From contig JAFUGK010000014.1 of NCBI GenBank assembly GCA_017469445.1, positions 160,229 to 224,228 of the forward strand: 64,000 bases of DNA, given 5' to 3'. The position numbers and the translations under genes are program-made. Of the stretch, positions 47,149 through 57,513 are shown in pieces. Each line of letters opens with the position of its first letter. The first letter of the stretch is position 1. Under the pieces are notes generated by a model that worked only from the letters and a program-made list of their open reading frames with translations, was not told the DNA's origin and did no database searches. This stretch comes from Clostridia bacterium (GTDB lineage Bacteria > Bacillota > Clostridia > TANB77 > CAG-508).

Positions 47149-48960
47149 CTAGTTTTCATCATCCAATTTAAGCACACTTAAAAATGCTTCTTGCGGTATA
47201 TCCACACTTCCTATTTGTCTCATCTTCTTTTTACCTTTTTTCTGCTTTTCTAGTAACTTCTTCTTTCTAGTTATATCTCCACCATAGCATTTTGCAAGTA
47301 CATCTTTTCTCATGGCTGAAATTGTTTCCCTTGCAATTATTTTTCCACTAACAACTGCTTGAAGTGGTATTTCGAACAATTGTCTTGGTATTACAGTTTT
47401 AAGTTTTTCTATCATTTTTCTTCCTCTAGTATATGCTGAATCTTTGTGTACTATAAATGACAAAGCATCTACACTTTCATTATTTATGTGTATATCCAAC
47501 TTAACTAAATCTGATTTTTTATATTCTTTAAATTCATAATCAAATGAAGCATATCCTTTTGTTTTTGATTTTAAAATATCGAAGAAATCATAAATAATTT
47601 CATTTAAAGGCAAATCATATTCTAGTATAACTCTTGTTGTGTCTATATATTTCATATCTATGTAAGTCCCTCTTCTGTTTTGGCATACTTCCATTACATT
47701 ACCCACAAATTCTTTAGGAAGCATTATTTCAGCCTTAACTATTGGTTCTTCAATATATTTTATTTCTTGGTTTGGAGGTAATTCAGATGGATTATATAAA
47801 TCAATTATGCTTCCATCTGTCTTATATACTTTATATATAACTGATGGAGATGTTGTAATTAGTCCTAAATCAAACTCTCTATCTAGTCTTTCCTGTATAA
47901 TTTCTAAATGTAGTAATCCTAAAAATCCACATCTAAATCCAAAGCCAAGTGCAACAGATGTTTCCGGTTCATATTCTAATGCTGCATCATTCAATTTTAA
48001 CTTTTCTAGTGCAACTTTTAAATTATCATATTCACTACCATCTATAGGATATATTCCGCAATACACCATTGGATTTGCTTTTTTATAACCTGGAAGTGGT
48101 TCTTTTGCAGGATTTAAAGCATTTGTAATTGTATCTCCAACATGCAAATCTGTTACATTTTTTACACTTGCTGCAATGTAGCCAACTTCCCCTGCTGAAA
48201 GATTTTCACATGGCAAATATTCACCAGCTCCAAAATATCCTACTTCTGTAACAGTAAATATTTTGTTTGTTGCCATAAATAATATTTCATCACCGGGTTT
48301 TACAGTCCCATTTTTTATTCTAACATGGCTAACTGCCCCTTTATAATTATCATAAAAAGAGTCGAAGATTAATGCTTGTAAACTTTCACTTTCGTTTCCA
48401 CTAGGTGCAGGTATATCTTTTATAATTCTTTCTAAAACTTCTTCTACATTCAGTCCAGACTTTGCAGAAATACATGGTGCATCTTCTGCTGGAAGACCTA
48501 TTACATCTTCTATTTCTTTTTTTACCTCATCTGGTCTGGCATTAGGTAAATCTATTTTATTTATTACTGGTATTATTTCTAAGTTATTATCTAATGCTAA
48601 ATAAACATTTGCAAGAGTTTGCGCTTCAATTCCTTGACTACTATCCACAACTAAAATTGCGCCTTCACATGCTGCTAAGCTTCTTGAGACCTCATAGTTA
48701 AAATCAACATGTCCAGGTGTATCTATTAAATTTAGTATATATTCATTTCCATCTTTAGCTTTGTATATCATTCTTACAGCTTGTGCCTTTATTGTTATAC
48801 CTCTTTCTTTTTCTATATCCATATTATCTAAAACTTGACTTTCCATTTCACGTTTAGATAATACTCCTGTAAGTTCTATTAGCCTGTCTGCAAGAGTAGA
48901 TTTTCCATGATCTATGTGTGCTATTATACTAAAATTTCTTATATTTTTTTGATTATTCAT
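47149..48960 (-). CDS. lepA: Elongation factor 4 (LepA)
   Basis: The G domain is [18 protein letters not shown], with DTPGHVDF and NKIDL. The LepA-specific C-terminus is present. Confidence 0.95.
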   Translation of the reverse strand: MNNQKNIRNFSIIAHIDHGKSTLADRLIELTGVLSKREMESQVLDNMDIEKERGITIKAQAVRMIYKAKDGNEYILNLIDTPGHVDFNYEVSRSLAACEGAILVVDSSQGIEAQTLANVYLALDNNLEIIPVINKIDLPNARPDEVKKEIEDVIGLPAEDAPCISAKSGLNVEEVLERIIKDIPAPSGNESESLQALIFDSFYDNYKGAVSHVRIKNGTVKPGDEILFMATNKIFTVTEVGYFGAGEYLPCENLSAGEVGYIAASVKNVTDLHVGDTITNALNPAKEPLPGYKKANPMVYCGIYPIDGSEYDNLKVALEKLKLNDAALEYEPETSVALGFGFRCGFLGLLHLEIIQERLDREFDLGLITTSPSVIYKVYKTDGSIIDLYNPSELPPNQEIKYIEEPIVKAEIMLPKEFVGNVMEVCQNRRGTYIDMKYIDTTRVILEYDLPLNEIIYDFFDILKSKTKGYASFDYEFKEYKKSDLVKLDIHINNESVDALSFIVHKDSAYTRGRKMIEKLKTVIPRQLFEIPLQAVVSGKIIARETISAMRKDVLAKCYGGDITRKKKLLEKQKKGKKKMRQIGSVDIPQEAFLSVLKLDDEN

Positions 48961-49134
48961 CAGTTTTATTGCCTCCCATTTTGTTTTATTGTATCATATA
49001 ATAGTTTAATTGTCTATCAAAAGAAAATAGCGAATATTTAAAAATATATTCTATAATATATTCTTAGATATTCGCTTTGTAACAATTTCTGTATTATTGA
49101 TTTTTTGCCTATTTTAGGATATAATATTTACATT

Positions 49135-51453
49135 ATGGAAAGAAAATATTTAGATAAAATTGATTATTTTGAAATAGCTAAAAATTTAAGTAATTATGCA
49201 ATTACATCTGTTGGAAAAGAAATATGTTTTAGTCTTTTCCCTTGCGCCGATAAAGAAAAGGTAAAACATATGATTAAAGAAACCACAGAAGCAATTACAT
49301 TAAAATACAGGAAAGGGAATCCTCCTATTTCTGAAATAGCTAATATTAATAACTATATAAAAACTTTAAAAAGCAATTCATCTTTAACAAGTATTGCTCT
49401 TCTTAATCTTGCAACAATTTTAAAAATTTCACGAGAGTTAAAGATGTATATTTCAGAAAATGTAGAATTAGAAAATATAGAAATTATTAATAAATATTTT
49501 GAAAATTTATATTCTAATAATAAAATTGAGAATGCTATTTTCACATCTATTATAGATGAAAATAGCATAGACGATAAAGCTTCTTCAACTCTTAATAATA
49601 TTAGAAAAAGCAAGAAAAAATTAGAAGGAGATATAAAAAAATCTTTGTCTAGTCTATTAAATAGCAAATATATACAAGAACCTATTGTAACAATTAGGAA
49701 TGATAGATATGTAATTCCTGTAAAAAATGAATATCGAAACGAAATAAAAGGGTTCATTCATGATATTTCTTCAAGTGGCTCTACAGTTTTTATTGAGCCG
49801 TTTTCCGTATTTGATCTTAACAATCAACTAAATACTTTACGTTTAAAAGAGAATATTGAAATAGAAAAAATTCTATACAACCTTTCTAGCTTATTTTTTA
49901 ATATAACTGAAGAATTAGAAAATAATGTAAGATTAATTAGTATGATAGATTTTGCTTTTGCAAAAGCAAATTACGCAATTAGCATTGAAGCAACAGAGCC
50001 AATAATAAATGATGAAAAATTTATAAATTTAAAATTAGCAAGACATCCTCTTATTCCTAAGGAAATTGTAGTTCCTATAAATATTAATATTGGGAAAAAT
50101 TATAATACTCTTGTTATTACAGGCCCAAATACCGGCGGAAAAACAGTTACTTTAAAAACAGTTGTGCTTTTAACTTGTATGGCAATGAGTGGGCTATATA
50201 TACCAACTGCTGAACATAGTTCTATATATGTTTTCAAAAACATATTTGTTGATATTGGTGATGAACAAAGCATATCTGAATCGCTTAGCACTTTTTCTTC
50301 TCATATGACTAACATAGTTGAAATAACTGATAATGCAGATGATGAAAGCTTAATAGTTTTAGACGAGCTTGGTTCAGGAACTGATCCAGTTCAAGGTGCT
50401 AATTTAGGAATAAGTATTTTAGATTATTTAAACACTAAAAACTCTATAACATTAACCACTACTCATTATCCAGAAATAAAACATTATGCTTTAGTAACTG
50501 ATAACTTTGAAAATGCAAGTTCTGAATTTGATTTAGACTCTCTTTCACCTACATATAGATTACTCATTGGTATTCCTGGTAAAAGTATGGCTTTTGAAAT
50601 TGCAGAAAAACTTGGATTAAATTCACAAATTCTAAAAAATGCTAAATCTAACCTAAGTTCTAACAATATTAGTATTGAAGAATTGCTTAAAAATATTTAT
50701 GATGATAAGGTTGTAATTGAAAAAGAAAAAGAGAATATTTTAGCATCTTCTTCAGAAATAACAGAATTAAAAAACAAGCTAAAATCAGAAAGAATAGAAT
50801 TAGAGAATTCTAAAAAAGATATTTTATATAAAGCAAAACTAGAAGCTAGAGACATTCTTATAAATGCAAAAGAAGATGCTAATAGCATTATTAAAGAACT
50901 ATCTACTTCAAGAAATATAGAAAACCTTCGTAAAAACTTGAATAAAAAAATACAAGAATTAGATATAAATGATATTTCTACTAATGCACCTATTACCAGT
51001 GTTAATATTGGAATGAAAGTATATATTCCTACTTTAAATCAAGAAGGAACTATTTTATCTATGCCAAATAAAGATAATTTAGTAAATATTCAAGTAGGGA
51101 ATGCTAAAATGCATATACCTTTAAATAAATTAGAAAGCTCAACAGTCCCTACTAATACTAAATCAAACATTACTTATAGTCACACTGCTACTAATTTAAA
51201 GACAAAATTTGTAAGTCAAGAAATAAATGTTATAGGATATAATGTTGACGAAGCTATTTTTGTGATAGATAAATTTTTAGATGACTGTTCAATTGCAAAA
51301 ATACAAACAGCAAGAATTGTTCATGGTAAAGGAACAGGTGCATTACGCAAAGGAATTCATAACTTTTTAAAAAATCATCCTCACGTAGCAAGTTTTAGGC
51401 TTGGTACTTTTGGTGAGGGTGAAATGGGTGTTACAGTTGTTGAGATTAAATAA
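49135..51453 (+). CDS. mutS2: Endonuclease MutS2
   Basis: Walker A is ITGPNTGGKT and Walker B is VLDELGSGTDP, followed by a coiled-coil and a C-terminal Smr domain (EINVIGYNVDEAI...RIVHGKGTGALR). I prefer the ATG at 49135. Confidence 0.9.
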   Translation: MERKYLDKIDYFEIAKNLSNYAITSVGKEICFSLFPCADKEKVKHMIKETTEAITLKYRKGNPPISEIANINNYIKTLKSNSSLTSIALLNLATILKISRELKMYISENVELENIEIINKYFENLYSNNKIENAIFTSIIDENSIDDKASSTLNNIRKSKKKLEGDIKKSLSSLLNSKYIQEPIVTIRNDRYVIPVKNEYRNEIKGFIHDISSSGSTVFIEPFSVFDLNNQLNTLRLKENIEIEKILYNLSSLFFNITEELENNVRLISMIDFAFAKANYAISIEATEPIINDEKFINLKLARHPLIPKEIVVPININIGKNYNTLVITGPNTGGKTVTLKTVVLLTCMAMSGLYIPTAEHSSIYVFKNIFVDIGDEQSISESLSTFSSHMTNIVEITDNADDESLIVLDELGSGTDPVQGANLGISILDYLNTKNSITLTTTHYPEIKHYALVTDNFENASSEFDLDSLSPTYRLLIGIPGKSMAFEIAEKLGLNSQILKNAKSNLSSNNISIEELLKNIYDDKVVIEKEKENILASSSEITELKNKLKSERIELENSKKDILYKAKLEARDILINAKEDANSIIKELSTSRNIENLRKNLNKKIQELDINDISTNAPITSVNIGMKVYIPTLNQEGTILSMPNKDNLVNIQVGNAKMHIPLNKLESSTVPTNTKSNITYSHTATNLKTKFVSQEINVIGYNVDEAIFVIDKFLDDCSIAKIQTARIVHGKGTGALRKGIHNFLKNHPHVASFRLGTFGEGEMGVTVVEIK

Positions 51454-51494
51454 TTTTTTCAAAAAAAGCCATAATACTCTTTGAGGTGTATTTG

Positions 51495-54074
51495 ATGGAT
51501 ATCGAAAAAATGTATGGCAAATATTCTATTTCTTCTGCTGATGAAGTTCTTAATAATTTAGGAACTAGTAAAAATGGTTTATCTCAAGAGCAAGCAGAAA
51601 AAAACATAAAAGACTTTGGCATAAATAAAATTACTCATAATAAACAAAAAAGATGGTATAATTATTTTTTTGCTAGTCTATTTAGTCCATTTAACAGCAT
51701 TTTGCTTGGTATTACATTAGTATTAATTTATACAGATATACTTATTCCAGATACACCAAATTATTCTAATATAGTTGTAATTATAGTATTAGTTTTAATT
51801 AGTACTTTACTAGAATTTTTCGAAGAATTTCGTTCAAATAAGGCTGCTGAAAAACTAAAAGAACTTGTTGAAGTTAAATCAACTGTAAAAAGAGATAATA
51901 TAAAGGTATCAATTTCAGTTAAACAAATTACTATTGGAGATATTGTTATGCTTTCAGCAGGTGATATGATTCCTTCTGATTTAAGAATTATAGAGTCAAC
52001 TGATTTTTATGTTAGCCAGTCCGCTCTTACAGGAGAATCTGATGCAATAAAAAAACAAGTTAATTGTAGTACAACTGAATTTGAAAGCATCCCTGATTTA
52101 GATAATATATGTTTTATGGGAACTAATGTAATAAGTGGAAGTGCCTTAGGTGTTGTAATTAAAATTGCTGATAACACATATTTGGGTAAAATTGCTAGCA
52201 CTATAACTTCTGGCAAGCCTAAAACTGCTTTTCAAAAAGGAATTGAAAGTATTAGCAAACTACTTATAAAATTTATGTTAGTACTTATTCCACTTGTGTT
52301 TCTTTTAAATGCCTGGAAACACAATATTTTATTAGCCTTCACTTTTGCAGTAGCTATTGCAATTGGTATAACTCCCCTGCTTCTTCCAGTTATATTATCT
52401 TCAAGCTTATCTAAAGGTGCAATTAGAATGTCTAAAAAGAAAACCATTGTAAAAAAATTAGACTCAATTCAAAGTTTTGGTTCAATGAATATATTATGCA
52501 CAGATAAAACAGGAACATTAACAGAAGATAAAATTGTTTTAGAAAAATACTTAAATATAAATGGTGAAGAAGATGAAAGAATATTAAAATCTGTTTTTTT
52601 AAATTCATATTTTCAAACAGGTTTAAAAGGGAACATAGATGAGGCTATTATTGCTAGAGGTATTACCCATGGTTTAGAAGAATATGCTAATAAATTTACC
52701 AAAATTGATGAGGTACCTTTTGATTTTTCTAGAAGAAGATTATCTATTGCTGTTACTGATGGCACAAATAAGCAATTTATTACAAAAGGTGCTATTGAAG
52801 AAATTTTGAGTATTTGTACAATGGCAGACTTAAATGGATCTGTTTCTCCTATTACTAATGCAATAAAGCAGAACATACGAAATTTAAGTAAAGGATTAAA
52901 TAAAGATGGTCTTCGTGTTCTTGCAGTATGCCAAAAAAAAGAAGTTGAAGATAAAACAGACTTTGATATAAATGATGAAAAAGATATGGTATTATTAGGT
53001 TTTGTAGGCTTTCTTGATCCACCTAAGGAAAGTGCAAAAATAGCAATTGAAAGGCTTAACAATTCAGGAATTAGAGTTATAGTATTAACTGGTGATAATG
53101 CAGATATAACAAGATGTATATGCAATAAAGTTGGTATTAACACTGAAAAAATAGTTCTTGGAAGTCAAATAGATAAATTGCAAGATCTAGGTGTAAAAAG
53201 ACTACTTAGAAAATATAATGTATTTGCAAAACTAAGTCCTATACAAAAGTCTAGAATTATACGCCTTTTAAAAGAAATGGATAATATTGTTGGGTATATG
53301 GGAGATGGTATAAATGATAGCCCATCCTTAATTAATTCTGATGTTGGAATTTCAGTAGATACAGCTGTTGATATTGCAAAAGAATCTGCTGATATAATCT
53401 TACTTGAAAAAGATTTAAATGTGCTATTAGATGGTGTTACAGAAGGAAGAAGAACATTTGCAAATCTAATGAAATATATAAAAATGGCTATAAGCTTTAA
53501 CTTTGGCGAGGTCTCTTCTGTTATTATTGCAAGTGTTCTTTTACCCTTCTTCCCTATTACTCCAATTCAATTGCTTGTACAAAGTTTATTATATGATTTT
53601 GGGCAATTGACACTTCCGTTTGATAATGTCGATAAGGAATATTTAGAATCTCCTTCTAATTGGAAACTCTCAGACTTAAAACACTTTATGCTATTTATGG
53701 GACCACTAAGTTCATGTTTTGATTTAATAGTTTTTGCTTCAATTTGGTTTATATTTGGCATTAGAGAAGCTGCAATTTTTCAAACTATTTGGTTCGTATA
53801 TGGAGTTGTTTCTAATTTACTAGGTATGCATGTTATAAGAACTGCAAAATTACCATTTGTACAAAGCAATGCTTCTAAATTAGTGTATACTTCTTCACTT
53901 GGTTTAAGTCTTGTTGCTATACTTATACCATTTACTTTTATAGGTGAGTTTATTGGACTTACACAGATATCTTTAAAATATTTAAGCATTATAATCGGTG
54001 TACCGCTTCTATATTGCATAATTGCTTTATTTGTTAAGAAGGTGTATATAAAGAAATATGGTAATTGGATATAA
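51495..54074 (+). CDS. mgtA: Mg2+-importing P-type ATPase (MgtA-like)
   Basis: The phosphorylation site is ICTDKTGTLT, with TGES, MGDGINDSP and 10 TM segments. I prefer the ATG at 51495 with the RBS GAGGTG. Confidence 0.8.
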   Translation: MDIEKMYGKYSISSADEVLNNLGTSKNGLSQEQAEKNIKDFGINKITHNKQKRWYNYFFASLFSPFNSILLGITLVLIYTDILIPDTPNYSNIVVIIVLVLISTLLEFFEEFRSNKAAEKLKELVEVKSTVKRDNIKVSISVKQITIGDIVMLSAGDMIPSDLRIIESTDFYVSQSALTGESDAIKKQVNCSTTEFESIPDLDNICFMGTNVISGSALGVVIKIADNTYLGKIASTITSGKPKTAFQKGIESISKLLIKFMLVLIPLVFLLNAWKHNILLAFTFAVAIAIGITPLLLPVILSSSLSKGAIRMSKKKTIVKKLDSIQSFGSMNILCTDKTGTLTEDKIVLEKYLNINGEEDERILKSVFLNSYFQTGLKGNIDEAIIARGITHGLEEYANKFTKIDEVPFDFSRRRLSIAVTDGTNKQFITKGAIEEILSICTMADLNGSVSPITNAIKQNIRNLSKGLNKDGLRVLAVCQKKEVEDKTDFDINDEKDMVLLGFVGFLDPPKESAKIAIERLNNSGIRVIVLTGDNADITRCICNKVGINTEKIVLGSQIDKLQDLGVKRLLRKYNVFAKLSPIQKSRIIRLLKEMDNIVGYMGDGINDSPSLINSDVGISVDTAVDIAKESADIILLEKDLNVLLDGVTEGRRTFANLMKYIKMAISFNFGEVSSVIIASVLLPFFPITPIQLLVQSLLYDFGQLTLPFDNVDKEYLESPSNWKLSDLKHFMLFMGPLSSCFDLIVFASIWFIFGIREAAIFQTIWFVYGVVSNLLGMHVIRTAKLPFVQSNASKLVYTSSLGLSLVAILIPFTFIGEFIGLTQISLKYLSIIIGVPLLYCIIALFVKKVYIKKYGNWI

Positions 54075-54082
54075 TAAAAATT

Positions 54083-54110
54083 GTGAGGCAAAAAATGTCT
54101 CGCATTTTTT
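54083..54110 (+). terminator. mgtA terminator
   Basis: The gtgaggc..gtctcgc stem pairs well only as plus-strand RNA (G-U pairs). It is followed by atttttt. Confidence 0.6.
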
Positions 54111-54111
54111 A

Positions 54112-54570
54112 TTATCTTCTGAATAATACTTTAAACCAATTCTTTATTCTTGTAATTATATCCTCTTTATATTCCACCATAGCTGTTTCTTGCACAATTT
54201 GCTTATTTTGAATAGATTCTTCCTTCTCTTCCTTATTTTTAAATATATTATTTGGATTATATATTTCTCTTTTTTCTTGCTCAGCTTTTTCTAAATCTTT
54301 CCTGTATTGTGCATTTATTGCTCTTTTTTGCTCTTCATTTGCCCAATAATTTAAGAAAACATATGAAAAAATCGCCTTTGTTTCCCTTAATATCCCCTGA
54401 TCTTTAAAACTACGATTAACATCATATTCAAATTCATATTCTTTATTCATTCTAGCTTTAATTGTATCTTTAAAATCTTGCGGAATTAGTTTTAGATCAT
54501 CTTCATCAACATACTTTAAAATTGTATAAACTTCTTTATATGCATTTGGAAAATTTGATACTTCTATCAT
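54112..54570 (-). CDS. Hypothetical protein
   Basis: 152 aa with no motif I recognise. It is the last gene of the three-gene cluster that begins at 56716. Confidence 0.5.
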   Translation of the reverse strand: MIEVSNFPNAYKEVYTILKYVDEDDLKLIPQDFKDTIKARMNKEYEFEYDVNRSFKDQGILRETKAIFSYVFLNYWANEEQKRAINAQYRKDLEKAEQEKREIYNPNNIFKNKEEKEESIQNKQIVQETAMVEYKEDIITRIKNWFKVLFRR

Positions 54571-54579
54571 AGATTTTAC

Positions 54580-54987
54580 CTACACTTTCTTATTCAAATA
54601 CTCTATTAGTATGACTTTTGCATATTTATTTACTATTATATAATTGTCGCTAATTTTTGATTTATCTATATCTTTTAAGAATTCATTAGCATCAACTCTC
54701 TCAAGTAATACAATTTTATTCATCATTAATAATGATAGTATATATGTTATTTCATCTTTTATTATAAATTTTCCATCTAAATTTGTTTCTTGATTTTCCT
54801 TAATATCTTCTAATATTTCTATCCCATTATTCATACAATTAGCTATTGCAAGCATTTTTATTTTATTTTTTCTTTCTTCTGCTGGAAGTTCATAATAATT
54901 ATTATCTATTAACTTTTCTGCAATATCTTTTACTGTATTACACTGATATTTTTCATTTCCTTCTAGTATTATTAATCCTTTTAACAT
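54580..54987 (-). CDS. Hypothetical protein
   Basis: 135 aa with no motif I recognise. It is tightly spaced between the flanking genes (gaps of 14 and 9 nt). Confidence 0.5.
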   Translation of the reverse strand: MLKGLIILEGNEKYQCNTVKDIAEKLIDNNYYELPAEERKNKIKMLAIANCMNNGIEILEDIKENQETNLDGKFIIKDEITYILSLLMMNKIVLLERVDANEFLKDIDKSKISDNYIIVNKYAKVILIEYLNKKV

Positions 54988-55001
54988 TTGTAATTCTCCT
55001 T

Positions 55002-56558
55002 TTATTCTATTGATATATCTCTCAAGAAACTAATCATTTTTTTCATTTCTTCTGATAAAACTTCTTCTGTCTGTTGGTTTTCCTCTCCTGTAATTCTATC
55101 TTCACCTGTAAATATTTCTTTACCTATTCTGTTTTTTGATATTTTTACACTTCCTTTTGCTGTCTTAGTTCTTATTCCACGTTCTATTATTGGATTTTGT
55201 TTTAATAATTCACTATTTGTTTCATATCTTTTTCTATAACTATTTCTGCTTTTTTCCGGCACTACTATTTCAAGTAATTGTTCAAAAGTTTCTTTTTCAT
55301 CTAACTCTTTATTTCTTATTTTTTCAAAACACTCTAATAAATGCTGTTCTTGTTCTGTCCTTTCAGATATATTTTTTGCTTGAATAACAGATAAATCTTG
55401 TGCTGATTTTACTATTCCTCCAAATAAATTTATATTCTCTATCCATGTATTTGCATCTACTGCTCCATTAGGAAGTCTAAATTCTATTGTCCCCTTTCCC
55501 CCTTGTGCAAGATTTTTAAAATTAATTCCTTTATACCTATCTTCCTGAGTTCTTACAAGTTTCTCTTGAAATTTTTCTAAATCTGTTTCGTCCTCTAGAT
55601 TTATAGAACCTGAACCTAATAACTCTTCCAAATCTCCAGATATTGGACTTGCATAATATGGGACTCCAAGCCTTGGAATTTCACCTTCTTCGTTACTTAC
55701 TATATATAATGCCTGTTCTGTATTCGCCCATAATTCTAATAAATTTTTCCAAGCTTGTACATTAGTTAAATAATTTGCCCCAATATGTATATGTCCTCCA
55801 CATGTTTCATTAGTATATTGATCCAAGTTTTCCAATATTGTACATGTCTTTCTTACTTCTTCTGTAATTACTATATTCCCTGCTAATATAGGTGATATAA
55901 CTTCTACGCCTGTCTCATTTGAGTTTTTAGATTTAAGAGATCCATCTCCCTTGCACTTCCATCCGCCAATTGTTTTTCTATCTTTTAACCATTTTGACTC
56001 TTTGCCTACTGTTTCAATTTCTATCCCTATTGTCATATTGGCCGGTAAATCTGTTTGAACTCCTTCTTGTTTTGTTATCTCTCTTATATATTTTTCATTA
56101 TCTATTGCTATTTTCATTACATCACTTTTCTCAAGTCCAAACTCTTCTCTGTTTTGTATACATTTATCTATAAATTCGGGATTCTCTGTTCCTATTATTA
56201 AATCTAGTATGTCTTCTTTATTAAATCCTAGCTCTTCTCTTCTTTCTATACATTTATTTATATACTCTGTATTGCTTGTGCCTAATATTAAATATACTAA
56301 AGCTTTATTATTAAATCCAAACTCTTCTCTTTTTCCTATATATTTATCTACATATTGTGGATCTTTTATCCTTACTATTAAATCAATTGCTATACCTTCT
56401 ATTCCTAGTTCTTTTCTTCTTTCTATATATTTATCTATATATTCTGGATTATCTGTATCTCCTATTAATTCTAATATTTGTTCTTCACTAAATCCAAACT
56501 CATTTCCTCTTTCTATATATTTATCTCTATATTTTATATTATCTATTTTTGTATACAT
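55002..56558 (-). CDS. Putative amidoligase (glutamine-synthetase-like Amidoligase_2-type) with N-terminal 30-aa tandem repeats
   Basis: The C-terminal half carries IGIEIETVG, KCKGDGSL, GVEVISPIL, CGGHIHIGANYL and GTIEFRLPNG, a pattern I associate with the putative amidoligase family. The N-terminal half has five repeats of about 30 aa (NPE[YF]IDK[YC]IE.R.E[LF]G...LI.GT). Confidence 0.5.
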   Translation of the reverse strand: MYTKIDNIKYRDKYIERGNEFGFSEEQILELIGDTDNPEYIDKYIERRKELGIEGIAIDLIVRIKDPQYVDKYIGKREEFGFNNKALVYLILGTSNTEYINKCIERREELGFNKEDILDLIIGTENPEFIDKCIQNREEFGLEKSDVMKIAIDNEKYIREITKQEGVQTDLPANMTIGIEIETVGKESKWLKDRKTIGGWKCKGDGSLKSKNSNETGVEVISPILAGNIVITEEVRKTCTILENLDQYTNETCGGHIHIGANYLTNVQAWKNLLELWANTEQALYIVSNEEGEIPRLGVPYYASPISGDLEELLGSGSINLEDETDLEKFQEKLVRTQEDRYKGINFKNLAQGGKGTIEFRLPNGAVDANTWIENINLFGGIVKSAQDLSVIQAKNISERTEQEQHLLECFEKIRNKELDEKETFEQLLEIVVPEKSRNSYRKRYETNSELLKQNPIIERGIRTKTAKGSVKISKNRIGKEIFTGEDRITGEENQQTEEVLSEEMKKMISFLRDISIE

Positions 56559-56716
56559 TTATCTATAAATTCTGGATTCTTTGTCCCTATTATTAAGTCT
56601 ATTATAGTTTTTTTATTAAATTGAATTTTTTCCTTATTTTCTAAAACTTTAGGCATTGCTTCTTCATTATCATTCATAATTTCTTCAAATAGTCTATCTA
56701 TTTCATTTGCATTCAT
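56543..56716 (-). pseudogene. Out-of-frame 5-prime fragment of the amidoligase gene (57 codons), separated by an apparent 1-nt homopolymer frameshift
   Basis: MNANEIDRLFEEIMNDNEEAMPKVLENKEKIQFNKKTIIDLIIGTKNPEFIDKCIQK then stops. It ends in another repeat unit. One extra A in the A5 run (plus-strand ttttt at 56546-56550) would fuse it in frame to CDS 55002-56558. Confidence 0.55.
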
Positions 56717-56902
56717 AGTTCTATCCTACTTTCATTGATATATTAGTTTGCCTATTTAATTATATATTAGCTATTTTTGGTTTTTATAAATACAATTACC
56801 CTATTATAATTATATTTTATATATAAAATATAATCTTTACAATATTTTTTTACATAAATGTAATGCAATTGATAAATTTCTGTAATAATCAACTACAAAT
56901 GG

Positions 56903-56983
56903 AAAAATGAATAATAGAAATCTGTAGAGTAGCACATTTCTATTATTCATTTTTCATTATTAACTGCAATACGAAGTATCGCA
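56903..56983 (-). terminator. tRNA-Glu 3-prime module: a GC hairpin plus a 19-bp AT-rich perfect inverted repeat
   Basis: The GC hairpin is tgcaatac-gaa-gtatcgca (56965-56983), 4 nt after the CCA end. The inverted repeat is aaaaatgaataatagaaat (56903-56921) / atttctattattcattttt (56936-56954). The layout matches the module after tRNA-Leu. Confidence 0.55.
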
Positions 56984-56987
56984 TATT

Positions 56988-57062
56988 TGGTGACCCGTAC
57001 GGGAATCGAACCCATGATTCCACCTTGAGAGGGTGGCGTCTTAGCCGCTTGACCAACGGGCC
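56988..57062 (-). tRNA. tRNA-Glu (anticodon CUC), CCA encoded
   Basis: The minus-strand sequence is GGCCCGTTGGTCAAGCGGCTAAGACGCCACCCTCTCAAGGTGGAATCATGGGTTCGATTCCCGTACGGGTCACCA. The acceptor stem is 7 bp with one G-U pair, the anticodon loop is CTCTCAA, and the T-loop is TTCGATT. Confidence 0.9.
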
Positions 57063-57077
57063 ATTTAACAAATATAG

Positions 57078-57512
57078 TTATACCATATTTTCACCCTGTT
57101 CGTCAAGCTTTTTGATACTTATATCTAATATTTCTTTTAATCTTTTATCTTGTTTAGTTAGGTATAAGTAACCTATTAATCCTTCATATGCAGTAGCATA
57201 CATATAATCTTGTGGCTCTGCATTTTTTGGTAAATGATGATTTTCTGTATTTCTTGTTCTTCTTACCACATCTTTTTCTTCTTCAGATAATATTTCTTGA
57301 ATATCTTGTAGTATTTTTGCCTGTGATTGAGCTTTTACATAATGTATTGCTTCTATATGAAGTTTATGAGGCTTTAATCTTGTTTTATTCACTAAAGAAG
57401 TTCTTACATATAATTCATAAACGCAATCACCTACATATGCCCAAGTTAGCGGAGATAAAGTTTTTACATCTAATTCATCTTTTTCAATTTTAAATATTTC
57501 ATATAAATCCAA
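57078..57512 (-). CDS. mrnC: Mini-ribonuclease III
   Basis: 144 aa with LTWAYVGDCVYELYVR and EGLIGYLYL. Confidence 0.8.
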   Translation of the reverse strand: MDLYEIFKIEKDELDVKTLSPLTWAYVGDCVYELYVRTSLVNKTRLKPHKLHIEAIHYVKAQSQAKILQDIQEILSEEEKDVVRRTRNTENHHLPKNAEPQDYMYATAYEGLIGYLYLTKQDKRLKEILDISIKKLDEQGENMV

Positions 57513-57513
57513 T

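Noticed and set aside
54112-57062. A complete integrated prophage or ICE at tRNA-Glu.
   Set aside because: There are no integrase, recombinase, phage or conjugation genes. I could not spot a second copy of the tRNA 3-prime end near 54.1 kb that would mark an attR. At most this is a small remnant island.
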